From NCBI GenBank assembly GCA_032718475.1, contig JAUCBJ010000993.1, forward strand, positions 1-43,974: DNA of 43,974 nt, read 5' to 3'. Both the position numbers and the translations under genes were made by a program. Under the pieces are notes generated by a model, which worked only from the letters and a program-made list of their open reading frames with translations, did no database searches and was not told where the DNA came from. Positions within the stretch are counted from its first letter, which is position 1; every line of letters begins with the position of its first letter. Shown in pieces: positions 37,553 through 43,974 of the stretch. Source of the stretch: Nemertoderma westbladi (taxonomy: Eukaryota; Animalia; Xenacoelomorpha).

Positions 37553-38165
37553 TAGTTTAGTAGTTGCGTTTTCCAGCCAGCAGTTCCTTGGCAGTGTGTG
37601 TGTGGCAGTAGCTGCATTGTGTAAGATTCTCAAATGTAGTCTCACCTATAAATATAAACAATAGATATAAGTTTACATATAGATCAATAATTATTAGTGC
37701 AAACAATTACAATAGGAAGCGAATTAGAATGTGTTGAATTTCGCCAATACAACTTAATGTTGATATTATTAATGAGATTAATTCTCGGCTTTAGCTGCCC
37801 TCCTATACTCCATGTGTTGAAGGAGCTGTCGTCCCATAGAGATCCTTTGTAAAGGGAATCCTAGGCCTCTCATTGGTTGAAGTTACATTCCAGGCCAATT
37901 GAATTATTTATTTAATTGCAAAAATAATGAATTGAAGAACAATATTCTTACTGTTGGGTTTTAAACCGTTTGTAAGTCGCGTTATAATGAACAGAAATTA
38001 ATGATTAACACTTCATTTGAAAGCCTCGTTATTCAGGATTATTGATATGTAAAAAAATCTTTATAATACTTATGAGAAGATATTATTTAAAGTGATTGTG
38101 TATAAAATGGCCACGTAATGGGATCGCGGTGGCAGTTTACGGGACCCCCCCCCCCCCCCCGAACC

Positions 38166-41100
38166 GTTAATGAAATATAATTAAATAAGGGAGACAACAA
38201 CGTAGCCAGTTGTGAGTGAGTTAATGAAATATAATTAAATAAGGAGAACAACAACGTAGCCAGTTGTGAGTGAGTTAATGAAATATAATTAAATAAGGGA
38301 GACAACAACGTAGCCAGTTGTGAGTGAGTTAATGAAATATAATTAAATAAGGAGAACAACAACTATGAACTCTGTGGTTGTATTAAAGAACGTTGTGTCA
38401 ATGTAATAATAATGGATGGCTATGGCTAGCAAGGTAACAATGCAATGTGCCTGTACGCAGTGACTATGGTAAAGAACTCATTAGCATAATTAGATTGGAT
38501 ATTGCCTTGAATGGACGCCATCTTGATGGATATGTAGAGTGAAAACACAGGAACATGACGTTGGATTGGGCTTATTTAAGTATCTCTTGAAAAAGTAAAT
38601 ATACCACGAGACTCGTCATGTTGCATTCCATAAGATGTATATATTTTGAATATAATTTTTGATAGTATAATAGGAGTTTTTTGCATAAAAACTAGCTTAA
38701 AAGGCGATATTTTTTTGTAAAAAGCCGGGTTTAGCAAGATGAGTTGGTTGGGATGTCAACAAAGCTTCTGATTCGCTGTTTCTGTGGAGACAAAGGGAAA
38801 ATAGCTTCAACCATTATAGATTTAACATTAAGTGAAGGGGAATAATGGTTTGTCTTTTTCACAGAATTTTCGCCTGTACATTATTTCGAAAAGTTTTGGG
38901 TTTGATCGCGCGAAAGTGACAGATTCGGAAACTAGATTGAATTTTGCATACAACTTTTTTTTTTTAGCTACTCTTGAGGATCAAGTTTTCTATGTTTATT
39001 TTGCATTTTAAATACTAACTTTCTCCCCACCATTGAACTAATGGTAGTGTTTGAACGAATGAGAGTTCTTCGTTACTAAAATGACATGATGATTACTGAC
39101 TGAGCGTGGCTTAGAAACCAGTAGTGTACTCTGAAAATAATGAAAACTTTGGCGGCCTGTAACTTTGGTTGACGTGGATGAAATAGGCTGATTTTAAGTT
39201 CATTAGAATGTGCGTAATTTTCTCTTTCTGTTCATACTAAGTACTAATTAAAACGATGAAGAATAACCTTATTTGAATTTATAGTTATAATAACATAGTT
39301 GATACAATGGATCAAAGGGGGCAGGGGTGTGTATGGTAAGTATTTGTTATAGGCCTATGCATTGCGGCTAAATGCCATGGTATCATTATGTAAATGCTTG
39401 TGAAATGATACTGGTATCGGTATCGGTAAATTGATATCGACATTGATTAGTGATATTGGCATCGATATTGGTTATTGTAATTGGTTATTGATATTGGTTA
39501 GTGGTTATTGATATTGGTTATTGGTATCGATATTGGTTATTGATATTGGTTATTAATATTGGTTATTGGTTATTGATATTGGTTATTTATATTGGTTATT
39601 GATATTGATTATTGGTATCGATATTGGTTATTTATATTGGTTATTGGTATCGATATTGGTTATTTATATTGGTTATTGATATTGATTATTGGTTATTTAT
39701 ATTGGTTATTGGTATTGATTATTGGTTAGTGGTTATTGGTATTGGTTATTGGTATTGATTATTGGTTATTTATATTGGTTATTGGTATCGATATTGGTTA
39801 TTGATATTGGTTATTGGTTATTGATATTGATTATTGGTATCGATATTGGTTATTTATATTGGTTATTGATATTGATTATTGGTTATTTATATTGGTTATT
39901 GGTATCGATATTGGTTATTGATATTGGTTATTGATATTGGTTATTGATATTGGTTATGGGTTATTGATATTGGTTATTGGTTATTGGTATCGATATTGGT
40001 TATTGATATTGGTTATTGATATTGGTTATTGGTATCGATATTGGTTATTGGTATCGATATTGGTTATAGAGATTGGTTATTGATATTGATTATTGGTTAT
40101 TGATATTGGTTATTGGTATCGATATTGGTTATTGATATTGGTTATTGATATTGATTATTGGTTAGTGGTTATTGGTATTGGTTATTGGTATCGATATTGG
40201 TTATTGATATTGGTTATTGATATTGGTTATTGATATTGGTTATTGGTTATTGATATTGGTTATTGGAATCGATATTGGTTATAGAGATGGGTTATTGATA
40301 TTGATTATTGGTTATTGATATTAGTTATTGGTATCGATATTGGTTATTGATATTGGTTATTGATATTGATTATTGGTTAGTGGTTATAGATATTGGTTAT
40401 TGGTATCGATATTGGTTATTGATATTGGTTATTGATATTGGTTATTGGTTATCGATATTGGTAATTGATATTGATTATTGGTTAGTGGTTATTGATATTG
40501 GTTATTGGTATCGATATTGGTTATTGATATTGGTTATTGATATTGGTTATTGGTTATCTATATTGGTAATTGATATTGATTATTGGTTAGTGGTTATTGA
40601 TATTGATTATTGGTATCGATATTGGTTATAGAGATTGGTTATTGATATTGGTTATTGATATTGGTTATTGGTTATTGATATTGGTTATTGGTTATTGGTA
40701 TCGATATTGGTTATTGATATTGGTTATTGATATTGGTTATTGGTATCGATATTGGTTATTGGTATCGATATTGGTTATAGAGATTGGTTATTGATATTGA
40801 TTATTGGTTATTGATATTGGTTATTGGTATCGATATTAGTTATTGATATTGGTTATTGATATTGATTATTGGTTAGTGGTTATTGGTATTGGTTATTGGT
40901 ATCGATATTGGTTATTGATATTGGTTATTGATATTGGTTATTGATATTGGTTATTGGTTATTGATATTGGTTATTGGTATCGATATTGGTTATAGAGATT
41001 GGTTATTGATATTGATTATTGGTTATTGATATTAGTTATTGGCATTGATATTGGTTATTGATATTGGTTATTGATATTGTTTATTGATATTGATTATTGG

Positions 41101-43974
41101 TTAGTGGTTATTGATATTGGTTATTGGTATTGGTATCGATATTGGTTATTGATATTGGTTATTGATATTGATTATTGGTTATTGATATTAGTTATTGGCA
41201 TTGATATTGGTTATTGATATTGGTTATTGATATTGTTTATTGATATTGATTATTGGTTAGTGGTTATTGATATTGGTTATTGGTATTGGTATCTATATTG
41301 GTTATTGATATTGGTTATTGATATTGGTTATTGGTTATCGATATTGGTTATTGGTATTGGTTATTGATATTGGTTATTGGTTATCGATATTGGTTATTGG
41401 TATTGGTTATTGATATTGGTTATTGGTTATTGACATTTTGACATGTCATTTTACCAAAATGTCACTATCAAATTGACATTTTGACCTGACATGTCATTTT
41501 GACAAAATGTCAGTTTCAAATTGACATTTTGACATGTCATTTTGCCAAAATGTCACTTTCGAATTGATATTTTGACATGTCATTTTGCCAAAATGTCAAT
41601 GTGTCAATATGTCACTTTCAAATTGATATTTTGACATGTCATTTTGCCAAAATGTCAATGTGTCAATATGTCACTTTCAAATTGACATTTTGACATGTCA
41701 TTTTGCCAAAATGTCATTTTCAAGTTGACATTTTGACATGTCATTTTGCCAAAATGTCACTTTTGAATTGACATTTTGACATGTCATTTTGCCAAAATGT
41801 CACTTTCGAATGACATTTTGACATGTCATTTTGCCAAACCGTCACTTTTGAATTGACATTTTAACATGTCATTTTGCCAAAATGTCACTTTCGAATAGAC
41901 ATTTTGACATGTCATTTTGCCAAAATGTCAATGTGTCAATATGTCATTTTCAAGTTGACATTTGACATTTGACATGTCATTTTGTCAAAATGTCACTTTC
42001 AAGTTGACATTTTGACATGTCATTTTGCCAAAATGTCATTTTCAAGTTGACATTTGAAATGTCATTTTGCCAAAATGTCACTTTCAAGTTGACATTTGAC
42101 ATGTCATTTTGCCAAAATGTCACTTTCGAATTGACATTTTGACATGTCATTTTGCCAATATGTCATTTTGTCAAAATGTCACTTTCAAATTGACATTTTG
42201 GCATGTCATTTTGCCAAAATGTCACTTTCGAATTGACATTTTGACATGTCATTTTGCCAAAATGTCACTTTCAAATTGACATTTTGACATGTGATTTTGC
42301 CAAAATGTCACTTTCGAATTGGCATTTTGACATGTCATTTTGCCAAAATGTCACTTTCGAATTGGCATTTTGACATGTCATTTTGCCAAAATGTCACTTT
42401 CGAATTGGCATTTTGACATGTCATTTTGCCAAAATGTCACTTTCGAATTGGCATTTTGACATGTCATTTTGCCAAAATGTCACTTTCAATTGACATTTTC
42501 ATGTCATTTTGACAAAATGTCACTTTCAAATTGACATTTTGACATGTCATTTTGCCAAAATGTCACTTTCGAATTGACATTTTGACATGTCATTTTGCCA
42601 AAATGTCAATGTGTCAATATGTCACTTTCAAATTGACATTTTGACATGTTATTTTGCCAAAATGTCACTTTCAAATTGACATTTTGACATGTCATTTTGC
42701 CAAAATGTCACTCTCAAATTGACATTTTGACATGTCATTTTGGCAAAATGTCATTTTCGAATTGACATTTTGACATGTCATTTTGCCAAAATGTCACTTT
42801 CAAATTGACATTTGACATGTCACTTTGCCAAAATGTCACTTTCGAATTTACATTTTGACATGTCATTTTGCCAATATGTCATTTTCAAGTCGACATTTGA
42901 CATGTCAATTTGTCAAAATGTCACTTCAAATTGACATTTTGACATGTCATTTTGCCAAAATGTCACTTCAAATTGACATTTTGACATGTCATTTTGCCAA
43001 AATGTCACTTTCAAATTGACATTTTGACATGTCATTTTGCCAAAATGTCGCTTTCGAATTGACATTTTGACATGTCATTTTGCCAAAATGTAATTTTGCC
43101 AAAATGTCAATGTGTCAATATGTAACTTTCAAATTGACACTTTGACATGTCATTTTGCCAAAATTCCACTTCAAATTGACATTTTGACATGTCATTTTGC
43201 CAAAATGTCAATGTGTCAATATGTCACTTTCAAATTGACATTTTGACATGTCATTTTGCCAAAATGTCACTTTCGAATTGACATTTTGACATGTGATTTT
43301 GCCAAAATGTCACTTTCAAATTGACATTTTGACATGTCATTTTGCCAAAATGTCACTTTCGAATTGACATTTTGACATGTCATTTTGCCAAAAAGTCACT
43401 TTCAAATTAACATTTTGACATGTCATTTAGTGTTAAATTAACCGCAGATTCCAAATACAGTTACCGTTTTTACATATGATTGGTAGTTCTCGCGATATTG
43501 GCGTTCAAACACAACGTTTTTTGATATTTTACGAAATTTAAGGTATTTTTTATTGAAAAAGCAGACATAACTATTCCCAGTCCGTTTCTGTAACATTAAG
43601 AGAAAAGTGAACTTGTGATACTTCTTTTAGTGTTAAATTAACAGCAGATTCCAAATACAGTAACCGTTTTTACATAAGATTTGTAGTTCTCGCGATATTT
43701 GGGTTCAAAAACAACGTTTTTTTGATATTTTACGAGATTTAAGGTATTTTTTATTTTAGTTTAGTAGTTGCGTTTTCCAGCCAGCAGTTCCTTGGCAGTG
43801 TGTGTGTGGCAGTAGCTGCATTGTGTAAGATTCTCAAATGTAGTCTCACCTATAAATATAAACAATAGATATAAGTTTACATATAGATCAATAATTATTA
43901 GTGCAAACAATTACAATAGGAAGCGAATTAGAATGTGTTGAATTTCGCCAATACAACTTAATGTTGATATTATT
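38166..43974. repeat. Copy 2 of the 6.2-kb duplication: ~3.6 units of the 54-bp satellite, unique spacer, GATATTGGTTATT satellite (39462-41432), 43-bp satellite (41430-43427); runs off the window
   Basis: Direct comparison with 32160-37770; identical spurious ORFs at offset 6203. Confidence 0.95.

Larger units (their letters stand above)
32160..37770. repeat. Copy 1 of a ~6.2-kb near-identical tandem segmental duplication
   Basis: Matches 38363-43974 at offset 6203-6204, with only a handful of differences seen. Confidence 0.95.

Noticed and set aside
33519-43019. Hydrophobic W/Y/I/L-rich and CHF-repeat ORFs
   Set aside because: Translations of satellite DNA.

Overview
AT-rich eukaryotic nuclear DNA, very probably from an invertebrate animal (BEL/Pao and CR1-type retroelements, spliceosomal introns). 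From left to right: (1) a decayed BEL/Pao LTR retrotransposon on the minus strand (1-12033; its 3' LTR lies outside the window); (2) four coding exons of a plus-strand beta/gamma-crystallin-domain gene (12979-28396), with a young Ty3/Gypsy element, a LINE fragment, Helitron-like elements, a 1.8 kb microsatellite, a tRNA-Ser pseudogene and a solo LTR in its introns; (3) a satellite-rich zone with a near-identical 6.2 kb tandem duplication (30449-43974). The key observation is a ~1.2 kb non-coding insert (about 4424-5624) that splits the BEL/Pao aspartic protease domain. Read on the element's sense strand, it folds by eye into a complete group I intron catalytic core (P3, P4, P5, P6, P7 with G-binding site, P8), with motifs resembling subgroup ID. 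It also has a plausible P1 with a U-G splice-site pair, and removing it restores the reading frame. I know of no described self-splicing group I intron inside an animal nuclear LTR retrotransposon. All structure calls are manual and need covariance-model and experimental confirmation.
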